From the NCBI GenBank assembly GCA_049664225.1, contig JBATEX010000057.1, positions 82,451-146,450 on the forward strand: a stretch of DNA of 64,000 bases, given 5' to 3'. This DNA is from Thermoanaerobaculia bacterium. Lineage in GTDB: Bacteria > Acidobacteriota > Thermoanaerobaculia > Multivoradales > JAHEKO01. Of this stretch, positions 29,009-37,032 are shown one piece after another; position 1 is the stretch's first letter, and each line of letters opens with the position of its first letter. Made by a program: the position numbers and the translations under genes. A model generated the notes under the pieces. The model was not told the DNA's origin. It worked only from the letters and a program-made list of their open reading frames with translations, and did no database searches.

Positions 29009-30088
29009 ATGTCCCCGAAGCAGCACCTGTTGGATCTCTCACTTCACCAGCTCGAAGCGGAGCTGACGGGGATTGGCGAGCCGACCTACCGGGCCCGGCA
29101 GATTCTCGATTGGGTCTTCGAGCGCCAGGTGACCGCCTTCTCGGCGATGACCAATCTTCCGGCCGCGCTGCGGGAGAGACTCGACAATACCTTCTCGATT
29201 CTCGGCGCACAGGAGCTCGCCCGCACGGAGGCTCCCGATGGCACCACCAAGACGCTGCTGAAGTGGTCCGATGGAGCAACGACCGAGACGGTGATGATTC
29301 CGTCCCAGGACCGAAGGGGTGAGCGACCGGCCAGGGAGAGGCGCACCGTTTGCCTCAGCACCCAGGTCGGCTGCGACGTCGGCTGCCGATTCTGCGCCAG
29401 CGGCATCGGTGGCTCGCAACGCGACCTCACCGTAGGCGAGGTCGTGGAGCAGGCTCTCCGCGTTGCCCAGCAGCTCCAAGAGCAGGAGGAGAGACTGAGC
29501 CACATCGTCTTCATGGGCATGGGCGAGCCCCTGGCCAACTACGACGTCACCGTCGCCGCTGTGCGCCATCTCAACGCCGAGTGGGGGCTGGGGATTGGCC
29601 AGCGCCGCATCGCGGTGAGCACCGTCGGCCTGCCCAAGCAGATCGAGCGCCTCGCTGGGGAAGAACTCCAGATCACGCTCGCTCTGAGCCTGCACGCGCC
29701 CAAAGACGTGCTGCGCCGCCAGTTGATCCCCTGGGCCCAGGGAGTGCCTCTGGAGAGACTTCTCCAGGCCTGCGAGATCTACTTCCAGGAGACCGGCCGC
29801 GAAGTGACCCTGGAGTACTGTTTGCTGGCCGGGACCAACGACAGCCCTGAGCATGCCGGTCAGCTGGCGGCCATCGCCAAGCGACTTCGGGCGCATGTCA
29901 ATCTGCTGATGTACAACCCGGTTGAGAGCCTACCTTTCGACCGGCCCACGGACTTCCAGGCACACGATTTCCTGGCGGCACTCCGGCGCCAGGGCGTCAA
30001 CGCCCATCTGAGGCAGAGCCGCGGCCTCGAGAACGATGCCGCCTGCGGCCAACTGCGCCGCCGACACGACGAGGGTCTTGAGGGTTGA
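29009..30088 (+). CDS. rlmN: 23S rRNA/tRNA (adenine-C2)-methyltransferase RlmN (radical SAM)
   Basis: YRARQILDWVF is present, along with the radical-SAM motif CDVGCRFCASG, then GMGEPLANYD and the C-terminal DAACGQL. Confidence 0.92.
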   Translation: MSPKQHLLDLSLHQLEAELTGIGEPTYRARQILDWVFERQVTAFSAMTNLPAALRERLDNTFSILGAQELARTEAPDGTTKTLLKWSDGATTETVMIPSQDRRGERPARERRTVCLSTQVGCDVGCRFCASGIGGSQRDLTVGEVVEQALRVAQQLQEQEERLSHIVFMGMGEPLANYDVTVAAVRHLNAEWGLGIGQRRIAVSTVGLPKQIERLAGEELQITLALSLHAPKDVLRRQLIPWAQGVPLERLLQACEIYFQETGREVTLEYCLLAGTNDSPEHAGQLAAIAKRLRAHVNLLMYNPVESLPFDRPTDFQAHDFLAALRRQGVNAHLRQSRGLENDAACGQLRRRHDEGLEG

Positions 30089-30125
30089 GGCGCCCGGTCG
30101 TACCTCCCTGCCGATCCTTGGGGCA
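30071..30125 (+). repeat. Degenerate REP-like repeat unit overlapping the rlmN stop codon
   Basis: gagggtcttgagggttgaggcgcccggtcgtacct... aligns with the G-rich-strand consensus GAGGGCTTGGGGGTTGAGGC-hairpin. The stem complementarity is lost here. Confidence 0.55.
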
Positions 30126-30318
30126 GTGGGGCCCCCTCCCATTCCCCTAGGCCTCTACGCCTTTATCGCCATCACCGGTGCAAAAGGGTCCGACCTGGGC
30201 CCCCAGGGGGCTATCCTCCCTTCCACAGCAACCAACCCCCTGGAGGTCCCCACGCCGAACCCTCAACCGTTGGAGAGACTTCACACGCGGCCCTACACCT
30301 CTGAGCCGTTGTGCATCA

Positions 30319-30355
30319 CCCCCTAGGCCTTTACGCCCCTACGCCCCTACTCCCC
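30319..30355. repeat. C-tract repeat (cccccTAGGCCTTTACGccccTACGccccTACTcccc), related to 24159-24196 and to 30144-30161
   Basis: Read directly. It has four C4-5 tracts, and the cccctaggcctNtacgcc core also occurs at 30144-30161. Confidence 0.8.
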
Positions 30356-30502
30356 TTACCGGTGCCCGAGGTTCGTTCGGGTGGCTCGACTGTGGGGCGC
30401 CGAGTCGAGCGCAGCGCAACGACCATCGCAGGGCACAGGAGATGGGGCGCGATGACGAGACGAGGGGGCGGGCCACCGGGACGAACCTTCCTTGGCGAGC
30501 GG

Positions 30503-32203
30503 TCAGTCAATCGGTGCCACAACATCGGCGGAGCCGGGGCCGCGGGGGTCGGCCGCGGCCTCGAAGGTGCCATCTTCGAGATATCGAACGGCGTTGACTT
30601 TGGCGTCCCTGGTCCAGATCTCGATCTGATGCCCACGCCTCGAGAGCTCCTCTATGGTCTCCGGGCTCAAGGCGTCCGCTTCGGCCCGCAGCAGGTCGGG
30701 TAGCCACTGGTGGTGCAGCCGAGGGCGATCGACCGCACTCTGCAGCGGGTCGCCGTCCACCAGTAGATACAGGAGGACCTGAGCCACACCAGTCGGGATG
30801 CGAGAGCCTCCGCGACCTCCCAGAGCAACAGCCTCCTCCCCGCGCCAGGCGAGGGCCGGTGTCATCGAGGAGAGCATCCTGTGGCCAGGCCGTACCGCAT
30901 TGGCTTCGCCCTGGACCAACCCGAACATGTTCGGACGGCCGGGCGCAGCGGCAAAGTCGTCCATCTCGTTGTTGAGCAGGAAACCGGCCTCCGGAACCAG
31001 CAGTCGGCAGCCGAAGGTGTCGTTGAGGGTCGTGGTCAGCGTCACCAGATTCCCGGCGGCATCGGCCACCGCCACGTGGGTGGTGTCCGGGCTCTCGGCA
31101 GGCGGTGAGTCGGGGAGGCGGGCGATGTCGGCGGACAGCGATGCCTTGTCCATCTGAATCGTCGACCGCCGAAAGGCGAGCCACTCGGGGGCCAGCAGGC
31201 CTTGCGAGTCGGCCTCGGAGCTCCTCGGATCCCCCATGAGGAATCGATCGGCATACGCGCGGCGCCACACCTCGGCCAGCAGATGCGCCCGATCGGCACC
31301 GAAGCGGGGCATCTCGCCCCAGCCGAGACTCTCCAATAGGCCCAGAGTCTGCGCCACGATGATCCCTCCGGAGGCGGGAAGATCCATCGCCGCCATCTCC
31401 CACCCGAACGCACTGAACTCCAGCGGTCGCCGCCAGACCGCCCCGTAGCTCTGGAGATCGGACACCCGCAAGAGGCCACCGTGAGCCTCCGAAGCCCTTT
31501 CGATGGCCTCGGCAATCGGCCCCGAGGTCAGCGCTCGAGGTCCTTCCTCCGCATAGGCTTCGAGCGTCGCTGCCAGAGCCGGCAGCCTCATCCGGCTACC
31601 TACGGCCGGTGGCCGACCTTCCGGAAGCCATACCTTCGCCGTCTCGGGAAAGCGCTCGAGGCTCTCTTGCTCCTCGGCCAGGGAGTCGTGAAGACGACTC
31701 GTGACAAGGAAGCCATCGGAGGCCAGCAACTGGGCCGGCCTCAATACCCGGGGCCACGCGAGGCTGCCGAAGCGCTGGTGGAGCTCGTACAGCCCGACCG
31801 GCGACCCCGGCACACCTGCAGCGAGCGGTCCGATGATGGAGGCGTCCTTCACCGGCCGACCTTCGGTATCCAGATACATCTCCCGGGTGGCTGCGGCGGG
31901 CGCGATCTCCCGGAAGTCCAGGCTCGTCAGCTGGCCTTCCATCCGGACGACGGCGAATCCGCCACCGCCCAGATTGCCAGCCTGAGGATGCACGACAGCC
32001 AGCGCGAGGGCAGTCGCTACGGCCGCGTCGACGGCATTGCCACCGGCGCGCAGGATCTCGAGCCCGACCTCGGTCGAAGCTGGCTCCGCCGACGCCACTG
32101 CACCACCATGACCCCGTGCCGCCGGGAAAGAGGCTCCATCAGTCGCCGGAGCGACAAGAAGAGCTCCGAGGGCAAGAAAAATCGTAAAGGTCGAGCGTCG
32201 CAT
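30503..32203 (-). CDS. ggt: Gamma-glutamyltranspeptidase (Ntn hydrolase)
   Basis: Signal peptide from the ATG at 32203 (MRRSTFTIFLALGALLVAPA). The autoprocessing/nucleophile region is DTTHVAVADAAGNLVTLTTTLN, and the GGSRI motif is present. Confidence 0.9.
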   Translation of the reverse strand: MRRSTFTIFLALGALLVAPATDGASFPAARGHGGAVASAEPASTEVGLEILRAGGNAVDAAVATALALAVVHPQAGNLGGGGFAVVRMEGQLTSLDFREIAPAAATREMYLDTEGRPVKDASIIGPLAAGVPGSPVGLYELHQRFGSLAWPRVLRPAQLLASDGFLVTSRLHDSLAEEQESLERFPETAKVWLPEGRPPAVGSRMRLPALAATLEAYAEEGPRALTSGPIAEAIERASEAHGGLLRVSDLQSYGAVWRRPLEFSAFGWEMAAMDLPASGGIIVAQTLGLLESLGWGEMPRFGADRAHLLAEVWRRAYADRFLMGDPRSSEADSQGLLAPEWLAFRRSTIQMDKASLSADIARLPDSPPAESPDTTHVAVADAAGNLVTLTTTLNDTFGCRLLVPEAGFLLNNEMDDFAAAPGRPNMFGLVQGEANAVRPGHRMLSSMTPALAWRGEEAVALGGRGGSRIPTGVAQVLLYLLVDGDPLQSAVDRPRLHHQWLPDLLRAEADALSPETIEELSRRGHQIEIWTRDAKVNAVRYLEDGTFEAAADPRGPGSADVVAPID

Positions 32204-32310
32204 CGAGTCACTCTCCGTGCAGCAACCGGCCAATTCTAATTTACAGGCACCGCTTCAACCCTCACGGCCTCGAAGACCGTCCGGCGGTGAGTCGGACGCC
32301 TCGATCCCAA

Positions 32311-32403
32311 GCCCTCAAAGGCCAGCCGAAGGTACGCCGGCTGCCTCAACCCCCAAGCCCTCAGAGATCGGCCGGAAGGCTCGCCCGGCCGCCTCAACCC
32401 CTC
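32311..32403 (-). repeat. Two tandem REP-like hairpin units (32311-32362 full; 32363-32403 shorter, with a compensated stem)
   Basis: Unit 1 hairpin is cagccg-aaggtacgc-cggctg and unit 2 hairpin is cggccgg-aaggctcgc-ccggccg. Both are followed by cctcaaccCC. Unit 2 ends at the stop codon of the vWA gene. Confidence 0.85.
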
Positions 32404-33419
32404 TAGGGTCTCGTGCTGTTCAGCCCGACGAAGGTACCGCCGTTGCGGTGGCAGAGGATGCGCATCAGGGTAGCGAAGCGCACGCCCGTGGAGTCGGAGA
32501 CGCCAGAGACGGAGAACATGACTGGGAAGCCGACCGCGTGAATTCGGACCAGGCGGTTTCCCTTGGAGTCGCGTCGATTGATTCGGTCCACTGACGACAC
32601 GACATCGTCGATCGAGCGACCGGTGAACTCGTCACCAAAGACATAGATACTGATCTTCTTGTCCGGCGCGACGAAGGTGCGAATGGCTCTGGTAATGCCC
32701 TCCACCGGGCTACTGTTGCTGAAGACGCTCCAGGTCCGCAGTCGATCCAGAATGACCTTCCGCCTACCAGGAGTATCGGGGATCCACTTGCCAGCGTAGC
32801 TGGAGAACATGTACTGCCCCATGTCGTTCATGATCTGGATGCCCTTGACTTTTGGGTGGGCGTCCAGAACCTGGGTCATCTTCCGCATCACTGCCGGCCA
32901 CGCGTACGTGAACATGCTGCCCGAGGTGTCGATCACGAAAATGATGTACTCGCTGTCCACCGGGATTCCGCCCACCAACTGCTGTTCGACCTGCCGAGGC
33001 CGCTCCTCGCTCTGCTGCTGCAATCGCTGCATCTCTACGGTCAGCTTCTGCTGTGCCGCCAACAGTCGACCTTCGATGATGTCCTGAACCTCGGACTCTT
33101 GGGCCGAGGCAGCGAACTCGCCCTGGATTCGGGACAGATCGCCCTTCAGCCGAGCGATGAGCTCGCGCTCCTTCGAGAGCTGCTGTCGTCGGCTTATGAG
33201 ACTGCGGTTGAGAACTTCCGTCTCACCCCGGATCTCGTACAGCTCTTGCTCGAGTTTCTCCACGAGTCCGTCCAGATTGATCCTCGCCTGCTCCAGCGCC
33301 CGTGGCTCGCCGATCTTGGTGAGCACCAGAAGCAGTACGATCGCTCCGAAGCCGCAGCAGATCGCGTCGAGGAACGAGAGGCTGAAGCCCTCGGGAACAC
33401 CTCGGCGTCGGCCTCTCAT
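32403..33419 (-). CDS. ExbD/TolR-like TM helix + coiled coil + von Willebrand factor A (vWA) domain protein (paralogue 2)
   Basis: N-terminus MRGRRRGVPEGFSLSFLDAICCGFGAIVLLLVL, then about 110 aa of heptad-rich helix, then a vWA domain with MIDAS VIDTSGSM. Its start overlaps the upstream stop in an ATGA. Confidence 0.8.
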   Translation of the reverse strand: MRGRRRGVPEGFSLSFLDAICCGFGAIVLLLVLTKIGEPRALEQARINLDGLVEKLEQELYEIRGETEVLNRSLISRRQQLSKERELIARLKGDLSRIQGEFAASAQESEVQDIIEGRLLAAQQKLTVEMQRLQQQSEERPRQVEQQLVGGIPVDSEYIIFVIDTSGSMFTYAWPAVMRKMTQVLDAHPKVKGIQIMNDMGQYMFSSYAGKWIPDTPGRRKVILDRLRTWSVFSNSSPVEGITRAIRTFVAPDKKISIYVFGDEFTGRSIDDVVSSVDRINRRDSKGNRLVRIHAVGFPVMFSVSGVSDSTGVRFATLMRILCHRNGGTFVGLNSTRP

Positions 33420-34510
33420 GGCCAGTCTCCCGAGGGACTCATGAACGAGCCTCGAGTAGCCATGGCCAAGCGCCAGAAGGCACTCGGCGCCTGGGGGTCA
33501 CCTTCCATGGGAAACAGGATCACATTGACAGGAAAGCCCCGTGGAAGCTCCTCGACCGCCTTGTTGTAGAGCTTCATCCGCTCGCGTGCCGAGATGGTCG
33601 TCGAGCGCGGGCTGGCCTTGCCCTGAGTTGGCAGACCATCGACCAGAAGGATCACGTTGTCGGGGGCCGGTTGCAAGCCCCGGATCGCGGTGAAGGCGCG
33701 GTAGAGATTGGTGCCCTTTTCAGGCGCCACCCGAGATAGCCTCTCTACCGCATCGTCGAGGACTTCCTTGTTACCGCCGTCGAGCCACTGGCCGTCGCTG
33801 CCAGGGACAATGGATCCTGCTGCATCGTTGAACGTGTAGATCTGAAACCGACTGCTCTGCGGAATCTGGGTCGTGACCCAGTCCACGGTCGCGACGGCTT
33901 GACGCCACTTCTCCGCCCGAGTTCTGCGGGCAGCGGGAAGGTTGCGTCGCCGGATGATGTTGACGATGGTCTCGTCCAACATGCTCGCCGAGGCATCGAC
34001 GAGGATCAAGATCCTCTGCCCCCCCACCTTGAGGCCGGTGAGGTACTGGCGGTCGCCGTCACCGATGAAGGATCGCAAACGATCCCCTTGTGGATCTTCT
34101 TCCTCGGGTACGCCAGCCGACAGCCTTCGATTGCTTTCCTCCAAGGACTTCAGATCTGCCATCAGTCGATTGACATGCTCCTCCTGGGCCAGGGTGGTGT
34201 TCTCATAGGTCGCAAGCTCGACCTGAAGGTCCTCGATGTTCTCGATGATCTGCCGTGAGAGCCCTCTTGCCTCTGCCTTCCGCTGGTCCACCTGCCGAAG
34301 TGAGTTACGGACCTCGACCAGGTCCTTCTGGCCCTCGAGGACCTCCTGCTCGAGGCGATCCACCTCGGCCTTCAGATCTCCGGTCACGCGATCCGCCCGT
34401 GTGCCGACGGCCGCGTTGATGACCATGAAGAACAGCACCACGGCCCCGAAGCCGCAGGTCATGGCGTCCAGGAAGGAGAGACTGAAGACGTTGGTGGTGC
34501 GCCGCCGCAT
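33416..34510 (-). CDS. ExbD/TolR-like TM helix + coiled coil + vWA domain protein (paralogue 1)
   Basis: From the ATG at 34510: MRRRTTNVFSLSFLDAMTCGFGAVVLFFMV, followed by a coiled coil and a vWA domain with MIDAS LVDASASM. The track start at 34528 is an upstream TTG. Confidence 0.8.
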   Translation of the reverse strand: MRRRTTNVFSLSFLDAMTCGFGAVVLFFMVINAAVGTRADRVTGDLKAEVDRLEQEVLEGQKDLVEVRNSLRQVDQRKAEARGLSRQIIENIEDLQVELATYENTTLAQEEHVNRLMADLKSLEESNRRLSAGVPEEEDPQGDRLRSFIGDGDRQYLTGLKVGGQRILILVDASASMLDETIVNIIRRRNLPAARRTRAEKWRQAVATVDWVTTQIPQSSRFQIYTFNDAAGSIVPGSDGQWLDGGNKEVLDDAVERLSRVAPEKGTNLYRAFTAIRGLQPAPDNVILLVDGLPTQGKASPRSTTISARERMKLYNKAVEELPRGFPVNVILFPMEGDPQAPSAFWRLAMATRGSFMSPSGDWP

Positions 34511-34514
34511 GGCT

Positions 34515-35936
34515 CTACTCCACGGCAATCAGATGCAGCTCGATCCCAGGTGCTCCCAGGCGCAGTCGGTCACCGGCCGAAAGTTCTGCCCTACCTTCGA
34601 TACGGCTGCCGTTGAGATAGCTTCCGTAGGTGCTGTGGTCCTCGACTATCACCTCGTCGCCCTGACGCCTGAGCGAACAGTGACGCCGGGAGACTCCCGC
34701 CGTCTCTCCGGTGAGATTGACTCCTTTCGCCCCGCTGGGTATGGCGACGCCAAGCAATAGAGGGTCTCTGTCGATTGGGTGGGCTACTCCTTCGTATAGA
34801 AGATGAGTAGGGGGCTTTTTCTTCGTCCCCAACGCGGCCACAGGTGCTTCTGTAGGTGATTCCGGCGCGGCGACGGGCCTGCCGCCATGCGACTCGACCG
34901 GTACCGCGGCGACAAAGTCCACTTCAGGATCCCCAGCGCGAGCCAGGAGGTGCTGCAGCCGGAGGGCGCCGGCAGCGGCGGCGCCCGGCGCTAGGACCAC
35001 GGCCTCCGAGCCCACCGCCTCTTCGAGCTCTGACTGGAATCCGGGCAGCTTCGAGAGAGTCTGGGTGAGCAGCAGGGCCGGCCGGCTGCCTGTCCCAGCG
35101 ATGGCACGAGCCAGAGTCACAATCGCCTGATATGAAGCTCGAGCAGCACCCTGGATGTCATCAGCTGAGATCTCGGCAGCATGAGCCTTGTCTCGATGCT
35201 CCAGCGTCAGGAGGGCAAATCCATCTCGACCGATCTCTTCGATCCAACCCGGCAGCCGGTCGTAGAGATCCTGTTCGGTCTCCCCGTGGTGAAAGGGATC
35301 GAATCGGGTCTGCTGCACAAAACGACTGGCGATCAGTTTGGCCCAGACGTCCATCAACTTCGACAGGCCTGTGGATAACTCGCTCTCGACCCGCTGCCTC
35401 GCCAAGGTCCCGGTCCGCCCCAATTCGGTGACCACCGCTCGCTGCAGCAACAAATCGAGATGCAAGGCGCGGTCGGCCTCGGTCGCAGCCATGCTGGCCA
35501 CCACGGCGGCATCCGCGATGCCGGCAATCGGCATGCCGCAAGCTCGGCCGATTCCGAGAAGCAATCCGAGCTGCCGTTTCGAGTACATACCCGGGACGGT
35601 GAGCACGACAGCCTCGACACCCGCAACCGCGCCGGAATCCATGCTTCCCTGGACCTTCTTCCAAACCTCGGTGAGGTGGGCGTGAACGAGATCCGCGTTT
35701 CTCAACTCGCGAGGAAAGGGTCGGCCCAGAGGCTCGGTGTCGAGTCGATCCCAGAATCGGTTCGCCACCCATCTCGGCTTCAAACGGGCTCGGCTGAAGG
35801 CTTCCCTGCCCACGAGGATTCGACTCCCATCGAGCAGCGCAAACCCCGGACTCTGGTCCTGCCAATGCAGATCGACACCAGCCGCGACGACTCCAGCATC
35901 GTTCAACTCGACCGCAACCGTGGTCATATCTCTCAC
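34515..35936 (-). CDS. Cytoplasmic Hsp70/actin-fold (degenerate) protein with C-terminal FHA domain
   Basis: AVVLTVPGMYSKRQLGLLLGIGRACGMPIAGIADAAVVASMA parallels Hsp70 AVITVPAYFND.QRQATKDAG.IAGL.V.RIINEPTAAA. The C-terminus GVSRRHCSLRRQGDEVIVEDHSTYGSYLNGSRI is FHA. The start is the GTG at 35936 or the ATG at 35927. Confidence 0.75.
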   Translation of the reverse strand: MRDMTTVAVELNDAGVVAAGVDLHWQDQSPGFALLDGSRILVGREAFSRARLKPRWVANRFWDRLDTEPLGRPFPRELRNADLVHAHLTEVWKKVQGSMDSGAVAGVEAVVLTVPGMYSKRQLGLLLGIGRACGMPIAGIADAAVVASMAATEADRALHLDLLLQRAVVTELGRTGTLARQRVESELSTGLSKLMDVWAKLIASRFVQQTRFDPFHHGETEQDLYDRLPGWIEEIGRDGFALLTLEHRDKAHAAEISADDIQGAARASYQAIVTLARAIAGTGSRPALLLTQTLSKLPGFQSELEEAVGSEAVVLAPGAAAAGALRLQHLLARAGDPEVDFVAAVPVESHGGRPVAAPESPTEAPVAALGTKKKPPTHLLYEGVAHPIDRDPLLLGVAIPSGAKGVNLTGETAGVSRRHCSLRRQGDEVIVEDHSTYGSYLNGSRIEGRAELSAGDRLRLGAPGIELHLIAVE

Positions 35937-36754
35937 CCGGGCAGTGTCGACGAGGTCGCTTGAACCTGCAAATGTGCGATCAGATGCCGGTCCAGATAGG
36001 TCTCGGTGTCGAGCACCAGCCTGTCCTGGTGAAGCTGCAATTGATGCAACAGAAACATGAGCACGATGCTGATCAGCAGCGCGATGAAGGTGGAATTGAA
36101 GGCCACGCCGAGGCTCTGGGTGACCCCGGCGATGTCGCCCTCCACCGCCTTGTGTGCCTGCCCCAGGGCTTCACCGATGCCCCTCACAGTACCCAGGAAT
36201 CCGATGGAGGGAATGGCCCAGGCGATGTAACGCACCATGGAGAGCTCCGACTCGAGCCTTTCGGACTCCGCCTCGCAGACCGCATGCGACGTCGTCGAGG
36301 CGTTCTGGATGTCTCGAGTGGCGCTGAAACGGTCGAGAGCCGCCATCAGCGCCCTGGGCAGAAGCGCGCGCTGATCGGACGCGGGTAGCGACTGGATCTG
36401 GCGAGCGTACTCGCGAGCGTCCTCCGGCAGGATCTTCGTGCCCTCTGACACCGGTACCAGGTCCTCCTGCAGCAGCTTTCGCTCTTTGGCGGCCTGAGCT
36501 CCTTTCAGAGCCATGATGGCGAGCGCCCAAAGCGCCAGCACGAAGCAGGCCTCCTGCTCGAAGTCCCGGATGATCACCCAGATGGACCGCTCCTGCACGT
36601 AGTCCGGGTCAGCCTGCATCTCAGCTGTCTGCTCCGCCAGGACGGTGTCCGCCCTGGGGCGTACGACCGCCACGTAGAAGGCGTGAACCACGATCAATGC
36701 CACGATCAGGGACAGCGCCTGGTAGACGAACTCGACTGGATAGTCTTTCTTCAT
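35933..36754 (-). CDS. MotA/TolQ/ExbB-family proton channel protein
   Basis: 273 aa with 3-4 TM helices. The C-terminal signature is IPSIGFLGTVRGIGEALGQ...SLGVAFNSTFIALLISIVLMFL (compare TolQ/ExbB GLLGTV.G...AL..T..GL..AIP). Confidence 0.85.
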   Translation of the reverse strand: MKKDYPVEFVYQALSLIVALIVVHAFYVAVVRPRADTVLAEQTAEMQADPDYVQERSIWVIIRDFEQEACFVLALWALAIMALKGAQAAKERKLLQEDLVPVSEGTKILPEDAREYARQIQSLPASDQRALLPRALMAALDRFSATRDIQNASTTSHAVCEAESERLESELSMVRYIAWAIPSIGFLGTVRGIGEALGQAHKAVEGDIAGVTQSLGVAFNSTFIALLISIVLMFLLHQLQLHQDRLVLDTETYLDRHLIAHLQVQATSSTLPG

Positions 36755-36768
36755 GGCAGCTTGAGCCC

Positions 36769-37005
36769 TCAGATATCGACTGGAAAGGAAATGGCGCTGT
36801 CGGCCGGTAGCCGCTCCGAGGGTATGAAGGTCTCCAGGGGTTGCCCTCCGCCCTCTTCGGCCTCTTCGGCCTGCGGACTCCCTCCCGCACCCTGCTCAGC
36901 CGCCTCGGAAGCCTGGTCTCTCTCGGCCGAGCCTGGAGACCCGAAGGCGATCAGGGCTCCGGCGACCAACAGCAGGACAAGTATCGAGAATCGGATCAAT
37001 CTCAT
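36769..37005 (-). CDS. Small secreted acidic protein (78 aa, hypothetical)
   Basis: Signal peptide MRLIRFSILVLLLVAGALIAFG, with an SD (GGGAG) 8 nt upstream. It is wedged between the FGE-domain gene and the MotA-like gene. The C-terminus reads ERLPADSAISFPVDI. Confidence 0.6.
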   Translation of the reverse strand: MRLIRFSILVLLLVAGALIAFGSPGSAERDQASEAAEQGAGGSPQAEEAEEGGGQPLETFIPSERLPADSAISFPVDI

Positions 37006-37032
37006 GGCAAGCTCCCTAGAATGTTCGGCCCG

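Noticed and set aside
32403-36754. Interpretation as an ordinary Tol-Pal, TonB-ExbBD, flagellar stator or Zorya-type defence module
   Set aside because: The locus has no TonB or TolA (Pro-rich/C-terminal domain) and no TolB or Pal. It also has no OmpA-like peptidoglycan-binding domain on the B-type subunits and no flagellar genes. ZorC/ZorD-like nuclease or helicase effectors are absent as well. The B-type subunits instead end in vWA domains, so the locus is reported as a distinct candidate system.
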